A DNA stretch of 64,000 nucleotides from the human T2T-CHM13v2.0 reference genome, Homo sapiens. A program made the translations under genes and the position numbers. Below are positions 14,759-28,699 of the stretch, in pieces; positions within the stretch are counted from its first letter, which is position 1, and each line of letters begins with the position of its first letter. The stretch lies in NCBI RefSeq assembly GCF_009914755.1, contig NC_060926.1. The stretch is one strand, 5' to 3'. Under the pieces are notes generated by a model that made no database searches, was not told where the DNA came from, and saw only the letters and a list, made by a program, of their open reading frames with translations.

Positions 14759-17700
14759 TGTCAGATATAAAAAGAGTTCCTCTTTAAAAGTTTGGCTTGT
14801 TTAGCGTCCTTGCTCTTTGTTCCCTACTCCCAAAGCCAAACTACATTCCTTATCCTTTATGCCTCCCCGTTTTAGTTTCAGTAAACAACTTTCCTATCAT
14901 TCCTTATCTACAGAGCCCACATCTGCTAATCATTCTGTAAATCACCCCTCCCATTGTCCACCAGTGTAATCACACCCCTGCCCCTTTCAAGTTAGCCAAT
15001 CAAGTTCAGTGTCGATTTGTACAGTCCAACTCCAGCTAACAGAGACTAGACACATGTCAGAGATGATAAATTCATCTTCAAAAAGTTTTAGTTCTGTGTT
15101 CTTCCTGTTCTTTGTTTCTCCAGTTTCTATAGTTAACTGTGCTATAAACAACCCTTCCCACCAGTCCTAATCTATAACTTACATCTGTTCTGTTCCCTTA
15201 GTTACGCACTCTACAACTATTCTTCCTGCTGAAACTACTTGTCCTACCACTGTAACCCACATCCTTGCTCTATTCAGATTAGCCAATCAAAATTAGCTTC
15301 AATTATACAGTCCAACTCAGTCAGTAAAAAAAAGACACAACAGTAAAAGCCCCTTGTGTTAAAAATAAAAAACCCTGCCCACCCCTCTTGGTGTGCTTTC
15401 AAAATGACAAATGCAAATAACACCCTTCTACTAAGAGAGGAGACCACCCCTCATATTGTCTTATGCCCAACTTCTGCCTCCAAAGAAAGAAGAAGTAAAA
15501 ACTAAAAGGCAGAAATGAAATCCACAGGCAGGCAGCCCGGCGCTGTGCCCTGGGCCTGGTAGTTAAAGATCGACCCCTGACCTAACCAGTTATGTCATCT
15601 ATAGATTCCAGACATTGTATGGAAAAGCACTGTGACAATCTCTGTCCTGTTCTGTTCCATTCTGATTACTGGTGCATGCAGCCCCCAGTCACGTACCCCC
15701 TGCTTGCTCAATCAATCACGACCCTCTCACACAGACCTCCTTAGAGTTGTAGGCCCTTAAAAGGGACAGGAATTGCTCACTTGGGGAGCTCGGCTTTTGA
15801 GATGCAAGTCTGCTGAAATTTCCAGCTGAATAAAGCTCCTCACTTCTTTAACCCGGTGTCTGAGGAGTTTTGTCTGTGGCTTGTTCTGCTACATTTCTTG
15901 GTACCCTGACCAGGAAGCGAGGTGATTAACAGAGGCCAAGGCAGCCCCTTAGGCAGCTTAGGCCTGCCTTGTGGAGCATCCCTGTGGGGACTCCAGCCAG
16001 CTTGAGCAATGCAGATCCTGAGAGCGCTCCTGGGTAGGCATTTGCCCCAGTGGAACGCCTCCTCAGAGCAGTGCACGGCAGGCCCCCGCAGAGGGTCAAC
16101 GCAGTGGCTGAACACCGGGAAAGAACTGGCACTTGCAGTCTGGACATCTGAAACTTGGTAAGACTGGTCTTTGGAACTTGACCACTCCATTTGAGTGGAA
16201 GCGTGGCCTGATCACCCACGGCGTGTCTGTACCAGCACTTTGGTTTTTGTTTTTGACTTGACTTGGATGGCTTGATACTTTGGTTTTGGTTTTGACCTGG
16301 CTTGGATTTCTTGATACTCTGATTTGGTTTTGACTCTGGTTTGGTGTAAACTGTGAAAGTGTCTGTGTGCCCTTTTTACTTGTTCTTTGTTTTGCGGTGT
16401 GCATGTGGTGTTTTGTCTCGAGGAAGCATGGGTCAGGCACAAAGTAAGCCCACCCCACCAGGAACTATGTTGAAAAATTTCAAGAAAGGATTTAAGGGAG
16501 ATTATGGTGTTACTCTGACACCAGGAAAAGTTAGAACTTTATGTGAAATAGACTGGCCAGCATTAGAGGTGGATTTCCCATCAGAAGTAAGCCTTGACGG
16601 GTCCCTTGTTTCAAAGGTATGGCACAAGGTAACCTGTAAGCCAGGGCACGCAAACCAGTTCCTGTACATAGACACTTGGTTACAGCTGGTTTTAGATCCG
16701 CCTCACAGTGGTTGAGAGAACAGCAGCATAAGCAGCTGACAGAGGCAAGGAAAGACCAGCAGAGAGAGAGAGATAGAGGAAAGAGACAGAGAGGGAAAGA
16801 GGCAAAGAGAGAGAGAAAGTGACAGGAAGAGACAGAAAGACAAAGAGGGAGTCAAGGAAAGAGAGAGAGAGAGAGATATACAAGTAGTTAAGAAAAAAAA
16901 CAGTGTACCCTATTCCTTTAAAAGCCAAGGTAAATTTAAAACCTATAATTGATAATTAAAGGTATTATCCATAACCCTATAACACTCCAATAACACTTTC
17001 TTGTTGTCAGTGTAAACAAGGGAATACCCCAAAAGCATTGAGGCCGCTGATAACCCCTAGACTTCCTATCAAAAATCCTTGACCCAGTAACCTGCGGATG
17101 GCCCAAATGCATTCACTCTGTAGCGGCAACTGCTTTGCTAACAGAAGAAAGTAGAAAAATAACTTTTAGGGGAAACCTCATTGTGAGCACACCTTACCAG
17201 TTCAGAAGTATCCTAAGTTAAAAAAAAAAAAAAAAAAGACAAAAAGGTAGCTTACTAACTTAAAAATCTTAAAGTATAAGGGTATTCTGTTAGAAAAAAA
17301 AGAAAAAAGATGATTTAACATTAACTACTGAAAATTCCCTTAACCCAGCAGGTTTCCTAACAGGGGATTTAAATCTTAATTACTATACAAAGGTTCAACC
17401 AGACCTAAGAGGAACTCCCTTCAGGACAGGATGATAGATGGTTCCTCCTGGGTAATTGAAGGAAAAAAAAAAAAGCCATCTATACCAATTCTAAGTTAAT
17501 TTGAACTAAACAAGTTCTTATTAATAGCAAAGGATAATTGAAATCCCAAACTTACAAGGTTTTCAGCAAAAGTAAAGTGTGCTAAAAGTTAACAGTGTAA
17601 CATATATTATAGTAACTTCTAATCTTGTGGCCTTAGACAGTCTAGTCCACAGACATAAAGGAAGTCCACTTTGGAAAAGAATGGTTATCATCTTCAAAAA

Positions 17701-20700
17701 AAAGGGAAAAAAAGTTGGGGGGGGCCGCGAAATTTATGTAAAAAGAATGTTATATGGTAAATTCTTATCCTGAAATAAATTAACTGGTTGTTTAAAGAAA
17801 GAAATGTTTGTAATAAGTCAGAAAGTTAACGCATGTCAAAGAATTGTCTGTGAAAGTCATGAAAGAGAAAAAAAAGTTATAAAAAAGAATTTATGCAAGA
17901 AATGTTGTATAATTTAAAAGTAATTGGGCCTCCTGAATGTAAAACTATTGAAGAAACAGTTTATGTGCAAGGTGTATAAGGAAAGTAAAATATACCTTTG
18001 GTAAAGGGATTATAAGGAGGCATAAGAATGTGGATTTTTACCTACATTAAAAGGTTAAAAAAAAGTTTTCTTTTGAAGGCTTAAGCAAGTTTTAAAACAT
18101 TAATCATAAAGAAAATTCTGTGTGTAAACATATTAGCTAAAGTTAAAGAGGTATCATCCAGTTTTTCTGTGAACTAAACATTAAAATAAAAACACAACGG
18201 GTTTTTTCTTAAATCACTAACCTGCTCTTTAACAAAAACTATAAAAGGTTAAAAAGAGTCTATAAAAATCTTACCTTATGGTCCAACATTAAAAATTGAA
18301 TAAATATGTCTACGAAGTTTTATTAAAACTAAGTTTAACATTAATAACACACTAATATAAAGGTGAAATTTACTTATCTGGTATAAAAATCACACAAGAA
18401 GCATTGTCTAATTTCTTAAAAATTATATACACTTTCCTTTCCCTCAAAACTAAAAGTCTTTTAGCACACGTACCACCCCTAGAATTTCTGGTAAACCAGC
18501 TCCAGCCTAAAGATCACATAAGAAGGAAAACTTGAGCCATCCTGTGAAGGAGCTTACCTTGTGCTGCTAACCGCTGAGACTGCTGTTCCTACAATGGAAA
18601 GGGGATGGATTCATCACACCCAAGTCAAGAAAGCACCACCCCCTCCAGAGTCATAGGCCATAGTCCCAGGGGAAAACCCTACCAAACTAAGCTAAGAAAA
18701 ATTTAACTCTTTCATCTATTCTATTACTCTTTCTTCTTTCCTCACTCTATTGCTGACCATCTAGTTATTAACATAACCAAGTCAATTTTGCCTCAAACTA
18801 TTGCATTTAATGCTTGCCTTGTTATACCCTGTGGGGACTTACCAAGTCAAAGACAGCCCTCTACTTCAGAAAAGTACCTCTGACCTTCCTGACTCTCCTC
18901 AGACTGGGCATTAGTAAATTGGGACCATTTAATCCAGGGAGATTTCCATAAAGACCCCAGTGCCAACTAGGAGTCTTGCCCCCCGATGTAGAGCTTTTAT
19001 GCCATAGTTGGTCCAACATTCCGTGGACCACTACAGAGCAAGGATGGACTTCCCCAACCGGTTTTTGTAATTTCCTAAAACCATATGTTCATTTTACTAG
19101 AGGATCATAGAAGTTAAAGACTTAATACAAACTTTGGCAATTAAGCAGGTTACCAAGATGCAAATGCCTGGTTGGAATGGATCAAATATTCCCTCCACAT
19201 GTTAAACAAAAGCAATTGTTATGCTTGTGCACATGGCAGGCCAGAGGCCCAGATTGTCCCCTTTCCACTAAGGTGGTCCTCCAGTCAACCAGGCATGGGC
19301 TGCATGGTAGCTCTTTTCCAGGATTCTACAGCCTGGAGTATTAAGTCATGCCAAGCTCTTTCTGCTATATCCGGAAGTCGAGCACCCTGTGGGTCAGCCC
19401 TCGAGGGCCATCCCGCTTCCGTCTTCCAACACTAGGTTCACTTCGTGTCTCTCATGACAGGGAGAAAACTTAGCATTCCTTGGAGACCTGAAGGGATGCA
19501 GTGAGCTTAAGAATTTTCAAGAGCTTATCAATCAGTCAGCCCTGGTTCATCCCCAAGCAGATGTGTGGTGGTATTGTGGTGGACCTTTACTGGGCACTCT
19601 GCCAAATAACTGGAGTGGCATTTGTGCTTTAGTCCAGTTGGCTATCCCTTTCACCCTGGCATTTCATCAACCAGAGGGAGGAAAAATAAGACATTGTAAA
19701 GTGAGAGAAGCCCCTTATGGGCCTTTCAACTCTCACATCTATTTAGATGCAATTGGAATCCAAAAGGGAATACCAGATCAATTTAAAGCCCAAAATCAAA
19801 TAGCTGCAGGATTTGAGTCAATATTTTGGTGGGTGACAGTTAATAAAAATGTAGATTGGATAAACTACATCTATTACAACCAACAGCAACGAGCTTTTCA
19901 TGAGTTAAAAGAAAAACTCATGTCGGCCCTAGCCCTGGGGCTACCTGACCAGACAAAACCTTTTACACTATATGTGTCAGACAGAGAAAAAAAAATGGCG
20001 GTTAGAGTTTTGACCCAGACCATGGGGCCCTGGCTGGGGCCAGTGGCCTACCTCTCTAAACAACTAGATGGCGTTTCTAAGAGTTGGCCCCCATGTTTGA
20101 GGGCTTTGGCAGCAACAGCCCTGCTAGCATAAGAAGTGGATAAGCTAACTCTTGGGCAAAACCTAAAGATAAAGGCCCCCCATACTGTGGTGACTTTAAT
20201 AAATACCAAAGGACATCATTGGCTAAAGAATACTAGACTAACTAGATACCAAAGCTTGCTCTGTGAAAATCCCTGCATAACCATTGAAGTTTGCAACACC
20301 CTAAACCCCACCACCTTGCTCCCCGTATCAGAGAGCCCAGTTAAACATAACTGTGTAGAGGTGTTGGACTCAGTTTATTCTAGCAGGCCCAACCTCTGAG
20401 ACCATCCTTGAACATCAGTAGACTGGTAGCTGCACGTGGACGGGAGCAGCTTCACCAACCCCTGCAAAGTGACTCTGAAGAAGATGACAAGCGCTGCTCC
20501 AGTCACACCCAGAAGCTGACTGGTCCACGCACAGCCGAAGCATGAGGAAACTCATCATGGGACTCATTTTCCTTAAAATTTGGACTTGTACAGTAAGGAC
20601 TTCAACTGACCTTTCCCAGACTGAGGACTGTTCCCAGTATATACGTCAAGTCACTGCGGTAGGACAAAAGGTTGCTACAGTTCTATTATTTTATGGTTAT

Positions 20701-22103
20701 TATAAGTGTACCAGGACTCTAAAAGGAGCTTGTTTGTATAATGCTATTCTATACAAGGTATATAGCCCTGGAAGTGACCAGCCTGATGTGTGCTATAACC
20801 CATCCTTTTTCCTAGTGCCCATAAAAACAGGCACACTTCTAGGCTTCCCAGTCTGTGCTTCCCGAGAAAAGAGAAGCATAGCTATAGGCAGCTGGAAAGA
20901 TGATGAGTGGCCCCCTGAAAAAAATCATGCAGTACTATGGGCCTGCCACTTAGGCACAAGACGGCTAGTGGGGATACCAAACCCCCATTTATATGCTCAA
21001 CCGAATCATACAGTTAAAAGCTGTCTTAAAAATAATAACTAATAAAACTGGTAGAGCTTTAACTGTTTTAGCCCAGCAAAAACCCAGATGAGAAATGCTA
21101 TCTATCAAAATAGACTAGCCCTAGACTACTTGCTAGCAGCTGAAGAAGTAGTCTGTGGAAAATTTAACCTAAACAATTGCTGTTTGCACATAAATGATCA
21201 AGGGCAAGTAGTTGAAGACATAGTTAAAGATATGACAAAACTGGCACATGTGCCCTTGCAAGTGTGGCATGGATTTAATCCTGGGGCCATGGTTGGAAAT
21301 GGTTTCCAGCACTAAAAGGATTTAAAACTCTTATAATAAAAATTATAATAGTAATAGGAACCTGCTTACTACTCCCTTGTTTGCTACCTGTACTCCTTCA
21401 AGTAATAAAAAACTTCATCACTACCTTAGTTCACCAAAATGCTTCAGCACAAGTATACTATATGAATCACTATTGATCTGTCTTGCAAGAAGACATGGGT
21501 AGTGAGGATGAAAGTGAGAACTCCCACTAATGAGAGAGGTTCTCAAAGAGAGGGGGATAAGGGAGGAGACCACCTCTCATATTGTCTTATGCCCATTTCT
21601 GCCTCCAAAGAAGGAAGAAGTAAAAACTAAAAGGCAGAAATGAAATTCACCGACAGACAGCCCAGTGCCACGCCCTGGGCCTGGTAGTTAAAGATCCACC
21701 CCTGACCTAACCGGTTACGTTATCTATAGATTCCAGACGTTGTATGGAAAAGCATTGTGAAAATCCCTTTCCTGTTCTGTTCCGTTGTGATTATCAGTGC
21801 ACACAGCCCCCAGTCACGTACCCCTTGCTTGCTCAATCCATCACGACCCTCTCACGCGGACCCCCTTAGAGTTGTAAGCCCCTAAAAGGGACTGGAATTG
21901 CTCACTCGGGGAGCTCGGCTTTTGAGATGCAAGTCTGCTGAAGTTCCAGGCTGAATAAAGCTCCTTCCTTCTTTAACCTGGTGTCTGAGGAGGAGTTTTG
22001 TCTGTGGCTCGTCCTGCTACACTACAAAAGTAAAATTGCCTTACTAAGTAATCTTTTATTGAGCACACGTTTTCTTCGCAGCACCAAGCACTTGTTTCTA
22101 ACC
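14759..22103 (+). mobile_element. LTR10-family (HERV-I class) solo LTR, pieces 14759-15431 and 22022-22103, split by the provirus
   Basis: Starts TGTCAG, ends ...gcaccaagcacttgtttctaac; TTAGT TSD at 14754-14758 and 22104-22108; L1 ORF2 resumes seamlessly on both sides. Confidence 0.7.
15432..22021 (+). mobile_element. LTR2-flanked Harlequin/HERV-E-type provirus, defective
   Basis: LTRs at 15432-15893 and 21558-22021; tRNA-Glu-like PBS TGGTACCCTGACCAGGAA at ~15899; gag MA fragment MGQAQSKPT at 16428; pol and env fragments including ISD-like YQNRLALDYLLA (21088-21315); polypurine tract ~21545-21557; 4-bp TSD CTAC. Confidence 0.9.
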
Positions 22104-25100
22104 TTAGTTATTTCTTGGCTTCTGCTAGCTTTTGAATTTGTTTGCTCTTGCTTCTCTAGTTCTTTAAATTGTGGTATTAGGGTGTCAATTTTAGATCTTT
22201 CCTGCTTTCTCTTGTGGGCATTTAGTGCTATAAATTTCCCTCTAAACACTGCTTTAGCTGTGTCCCAGAGATTCTTGTATGTTGTGTCTTTGCTCTCATT
22301 GGTTTGAAATAACTTATTTATTTCTGCCTTAATTTTTATATTTACCCAGTAGTCATTTAGGAGAAGGTTGTTTAGTTTCCATGTAGTTGTGCAGTTTTGA
22401 GTTTCTTAATCCTGAGTTCTAATTTGATTGCACTGTGGTCAGACAAACTGTTTGTTATGATTTCCATTATTTTGCATTTGCTGAGGAGTGTTTTACATCC
22501 AATTATGTGGCTAATTTTAAAATAAGTGTGATGTGGTGCTGAGAAGAATGTATATTCTGTTGATTTGGGGTTGAGAGTTCTGTAGATGCCTGTTAGATCC
22601 ACTCGGTCCAGAGCGGAGTTCAAGTGCTAAATATCCTTGTTAATTTTCTGTCTCATTGATCTGTCTAATATTGACAGTGGGGTGTTTAAGTCTCCTACTA
22701 TTATTGTGTCAGAGTCTAAATCTCTTTGTAGGTCTCTAAGAACTTGATTTATGAATCTGGGTGCTCCTGTATTGGGTGCATATATATTAGGACAGTTAAC
22801 TATTCTTGTTTCATTGATCCCTTTACCATTATATAACGCCTTTCTTTGGCTCTTTTGATCTTTGTTGGTTTAAAGCCTGTTTTATCAGAGACTGGGAATG
22901 CAACCCCTGCTTTGTTTTGGTTTCCATTTGCTTGGTCAATATTCCTCCATCCTTTTATTTTGAGCCTATGTGTGTCTTTGCACTTGACATGGGTCTCCTG
23001 AATAGAGCATACCAATGGGTCTTGACTCTGTATCCAATTTGCCAGTCTCTGTCTTTTAATTGGGGCATTTAGCCCATTTACATTTAAGGTTAATATTGTT
23101 ATGTGTGAATTTGATCCTGTCATTATAATGCTAGCTGGTTATCTTGACTTTTAGTTGATGCAGTTTCTTCAGAGTGTTGTTGGTTTTTACAATTTGGTAT
23201 GTTTTTGCAGTGGCTGATACCGATTGTTCTTTTCCATGTTTAGTGCTCCTAGAGGAGCTCTTTTAAGGCAGGCCTGGTGGTGACAAAATTTCTCAGCATT
23301 TGCTTGTCTGTAAAATATTTTATTTCTCTTTCCCTTATGAAGCTTAATTTGGCTGGATACGAAATTCTAGGTTGAAAATTCTTTTCTTTAAGAATGTAGA
23401 ATATTGGCCCCACTCTCTTCTGGCTTGTAGAGTTTCTGCAGAGAGATCTGCTGTTAGTCTGATAGGCTTTGCTTTGTGGGTAACCCAACCTTTCCCTCTG
23501 GCTGCCCTTAACATTTTTTCCTTTATTTCAACTTTGGTGAATCTGACGATTATGTGTCTTTGGGTTGCTCTTCTTGAGGAGCATCGCTGTGGTGTTCTCT
23601 GTATTTCCTGAATTTGAGTGTTGGCCTGTCTTGCTAGGTTGGGGAAGTTCTCCTGGATAATATCCCGAAGAGTGTTTTCCAGCTCCTTTCCATTCTCCCA
23701 GTCACTTTCAGGTACACCAATCAAACGTAGATTTGGTCTTTTCATATAGTCTCATGTTTCTTAGAGGCTTTGTTCATTCTCCTTTTTCATTCTTTTTTCT
23801 CTAATCTTGTCTTGACACTTCATTTCATTAAGTCAATCTTCTACCTCTGATATCCTTTTTTCTGCTAGATTGATTCAGCTATTGATACTTGTGTATGCTT
23901 CACGAAGTTCTCATGCTGTGTTTTTTAGCTCCATCAGGTCATTTATGTTCTTCTCTAAACTGGTTATTCTAGTTAGCAATTTCTATAATCTTTTTTTTAA
24001 GATTTTTAGCTTCCTTGCATTGGGTTAGAACATGCTCCCTTAGCTTGGAGGAGTTTATTATCCACCTTCTGAAGCCTACTTCTGTCAATTCATCAAACTC
24101 ATTCTCCGTCCAGTTCTGTTCCCTTGCTGGCAAGGAGTGTGATCTGTTGGAGGAGAAGTGTTCTGGTTTTGGGAATTTTCAGCCTTTTTGCGCTGGTTTT
24201 TCCTCATCTGCATGGATTTACCTACCTTTGGTCTTTGATGTTGGTGACCTTCAGATGGGGTTTCTGTCTGGATGTCCTTTTCGTTGATGTTGATGCTATT
24301 CCTTTCTGTTCGTTAGTTTTCCTTCTGAAAGTCAGGCTCCTCTGCTGCAGTGCAGGTCTGCTGGAGTTTGCCTGAGGTCCACTCCAGACCCTGTTTGCCT
24401 GGGTATCACCAGCAGAGGCTGCAGAACAGCAAAGTTTGCTGCCTGTTACTTCCTCTGGAAGCTTTGTCCCAGAGGGCACCTGGCAGATGCCAGCTGGAAT
24501 TGTCCTGTATGAGGTGTCCATCCGCCCCTGCTGGGAGTTGTCTCCCAGTCAGGAGACACAGGTGTCAGGGATCCACTTGAGGAGGCAGTCTGTCTCTTAC
24601 CAGAGCTCGAGTGGTGTGCTGAGAGATCCTCTGCTCTCTTCAGAGCTGGCAGGCAGGTACATTTAAGTCTGCTGAAGCTGAGCCCACAGCCTCCCCCTTC
24701 CCCAGGTGTTCTGTCCCAGGGAGATGGGAGTTTGATCTATAAGCCCCTGACTGGGGCTGCTGCCTTTTTTTCCAGAGATGCCCTGCCTAGAGAGGAGGAA
24801 TCTAGGGAGGCAGTCTGTTTACAGAGGCTTTGCTGAGCTGTTGTGGGCTTCGCCCAGTTGGAACTTCCCTGGGGCTTTGTTTACACTGTGAGGGGAAAAC
24901 CAGCTACTCAAGCCTCAGTAATGGTGGACGCCCCTCCCCCTACCAAGCTAGTGCGTCCCAGGGCGACTTCAGACTGCTATGCTAGCAGCAAGAATTTCAA
25001 GCCAATGAATGTTAGCTTACTGGGCTCTGTAGGTGGTGGGATCCGTTGAGCTAGACCACTTGGCTCCCTGGCTTCAGCCCCCTTTCCAGGGGAGTGAACA

Positions 25101-25550
25101 GATCTGTCCACTGGCATTCCAGGCACCACTGGGGTATGAAAAAAACTCCTGCAGCTAACTTGGTGTCTGCACAAATGGCTTCCTGTTTTGTGCTTGAAAC
25201 CCAGGGCCCTGGTGGGGTAGGCACCTGAGGAAATCTCCGGGTCTGTGGGTTGTGAAGACCATGGGAAAAGCATCGTATCTAGGCTAGAGTGCACCATTCC
25301 TCAGGGCACAGTTCCTCTTGGCTTCCCCTGGCTAGGGGAGGGAGTTCCCCAATCCCTGGCACTTCCCTGGTGAAACAATGCCCCACCCTGCCTTGGCTTG
25401 CCCTCTATGGGCTGCACCCCCTGTCTAACCAGTCCCGATGAGATGAGCCAGATACCTCAGCTGGAAATGCAGAAATCACCCACCTTCTGCGTTGATCTCT
25501 GCGGGAGCTGTAGACTGGAGCTCTTCCTATTCGGCCATCTTGCCAGCCAC

Positions 25551-26100
25551 CCGTACTGTACTTTGGAAGAAAGTCACTACATATAGCCAGCACTTTAAAA
25601 GAATGGAGAATTATGGTCCCTATCCTTAAGGTGAGAGTATCTATATAAATTGTTCGGAATACTTTTGCACCAGATATTTGTCTCTCTGTATTAAATTATT
25701 TAATCCTTTATTTATATAAGTATGGACTCATGGATATATATTCTATACTTTATGTTATAATTCACTATGACTTTACTTACATTGTTGCTCAAATGGTCTC
25801 CTGGCTTTGGCAAATTTGAGAGAGCATTCAGTTGGCTCCTGTACTTCTTTGAGATAGCTCCATCAATATGAGTTTTTAATTTTTTCTGAGTGCCTTACTT
25901 TTTGTCACTACTAGATGCCCCAGTCTCATATTGTATATTTTATGCCCCACTCTTATAATCACAGACATTTCTCCAAGAAGCCCTGATTCCTTCTACTAGA
26001 GATTGGTATTAGAAACCCAGATCTGGGCACTAGGCATGCTCATTGTTATTGGGATGTCATTTCTTTTAGGCCTTCTTTTTGGCAGATTAAAGGAATATAT
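25551..26100 (-). mobile_element. Old L1M (L1MC-like) fragment, continuation of 11270-11848
   Basis: Joining across the L1PA TSD restores ...ctttccatactgtactttggaagaaagtcac... Confidence 0.55.
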
Positions 26101-26469
26101 GTGTATATTCTATCCTATCTGTAAAGGTATACTATCTTTAAATACATCAATATGTTCTGTGACTGGCTTATTTTACTTAGTATACCATCCATGTTGTCAC
26201 AAATAGCAGAATCTCCTATTTTAAGGCAGAATAATATTTCACTGTATATATGTATATACCACATTTCTTCATTCATTTTTAAAAAGATACTTGAATTGTT
26301 TCCATATCTTGGTTATTGTGAGTAATACCTCAGTGAACATGGGAATACAGATATCTTTTCAAGACTCTGATTTTAATTCTTTTTTTATATGTACCCAGAG
26401 GTAGAACTGCTGGGTTGTATGGCAGTTTTATTTTTAATTTTTGAGAAACCTTCATATTAATACCCATAG

Positions 26470-26808
<339 letters not shown>

Positions 26809-27543
26809 CAGCATTCCAATTTCCACACATCCTTGCCAACATGTTACATTTCGAGTTTTTAGAAAAATAGCCATTTTAACAGGCATAAACTGATATCTCA
26901 TTATTATTTGATTTTCATTTCCTTGGTAAATAATGCTGCTGAGCATCTTTATATATCTTATTTGTACGTCTTCTTCGGAGAAAAATGTGTTTAACTCCTT
27001 TGCCCATTTTTTAAAAATTTCTGCTATTGAGTTGAAGGAGTTCCTTATGTATCTTGGAAATTATCAGATATATGACTTGAAAATATGTTCTCTCATTTCA
27101 GTTTGTCTTTTTATTCTGTTGATTGTTTCTTTTGCCACGCAGAGCTTTTTAATTTGATGTAATCTTGTCTATTTTTGCTTTTGTTGCTTGTACTTTTGGT
27201 CTCATATTCAAAAAATCATTGCCAAGACCAATGTCAAGATTTTCCCCTATGCTTTTGTCTAGAAGTTTTACATTTTCAGGTAGTAACTATAATAGTTAAA
27301 CTGATAGAAGAAGAGAATACAATAGTGGTTGCTAGGGCCTGGAGAGTGGGGAAAATAGAGTGCTTGTTGTTCAATGGGTACAAAGTTTTAGTTATGCTAG
27401 AATAGTAAATTCTAGAGATCTGCTGTACAACATATTGTTTATTGTTAACAACATGGTATTTTGTGTTTCAAAATTTCTTAAGAGGGCAGATCTATTTTGT
27501 CTTCCTATCACAAAACAAACAGAAAACGAAAACAAAATAAAAA

Positions 27544-27941
<398 letters not shown>

Positions 27942-28699
27942 TTATTTGCATATGTACAAACTCATCAAATTTTACATAACAAAAAATGTGCATGTTTCAC
28001 TGAGATACAATCACTATACAAGGAACTGCACATATTACTGTCTAAAATTTGATGAGTTTGTGCAGTTTTTAAATAGTGATTATATCTCAATGAAGTTGTT
28101 TAAAAACTTCAGTGAAATAAATAAATACATAAATAAATAAGGAACCAACTTTGTTTAAGTGAAACATGAGTTCTTATGCATGTGTTCAACACATGAATTA
28201 TTTTAGCCCTTGAAACTCAACTATCACTATCCACCAACTCTTTAATTAATTGTTCAATTAAAATATACATGTATAGCAATAGGAATATTGTTAACCCATA
28301 TGTCCATGGAATACAGCTTTATTAACTAGAGGGCAGTGTCTGTGTGCAGTTCCTTTTACCTTTAGACTTATAGGCTCCACTTATTTTCAATGTTATTTAG
28401 TTCAGCCCTCCTCCACCCCCAAACTCCTTCAGTGAGGTTGCCTTAAACATTCATAGCAGAGTGAGATTTTCTTGTCACAGTCTGCATTCCTTCCAAATTC
28501 CTGACCTTTTAATTTATTCTTTTTAAATTGTATAAATTAAGGTTCACTCTTTGTGCTGTAGCTGTCTATGGGTTTCAACAATTGCATAGTGACACATATC
28601 CACAGAATAGTTGTAGTATCATACAGAATATTTTCCTCTAAAAATTCTCTGTGCTTCATCCATTCATCCTCCTCCTTCCCTCCTCTATTCCCTTTGAAG

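Larger units (their letters stand above)
11849..25550 (-). mobile_element. Full-length L1PA (PA7/PA8-like), inactive, split by an LTR/ERV insertion at 14759-22103
   Basis: 5'UTR GGCTGGCAAGATGGCCGAATAGG at ~25550; ORF1 fragments (23344-23745), endonuclease MTGSNSHITILTLNVNGLN (22800-23123), RT with SLFADDMI (13618-14175), poly(A) at ~11849-11866; TSD ccatactgt/ccgtactgt; many stops and frameshifts. Confidence 0.95.

Noticed and set aside
15041-15062. Possible p53 response element in the LTR10-like LTR
   Set aside because: Several mismatches to RRRCWWGYYY; coincides with the block junction
16240-16345. Three ~35-40-bp T-rich tandem repeats
   Set aside because: They lie in the ERV leader and look like an ordinary feature of this family
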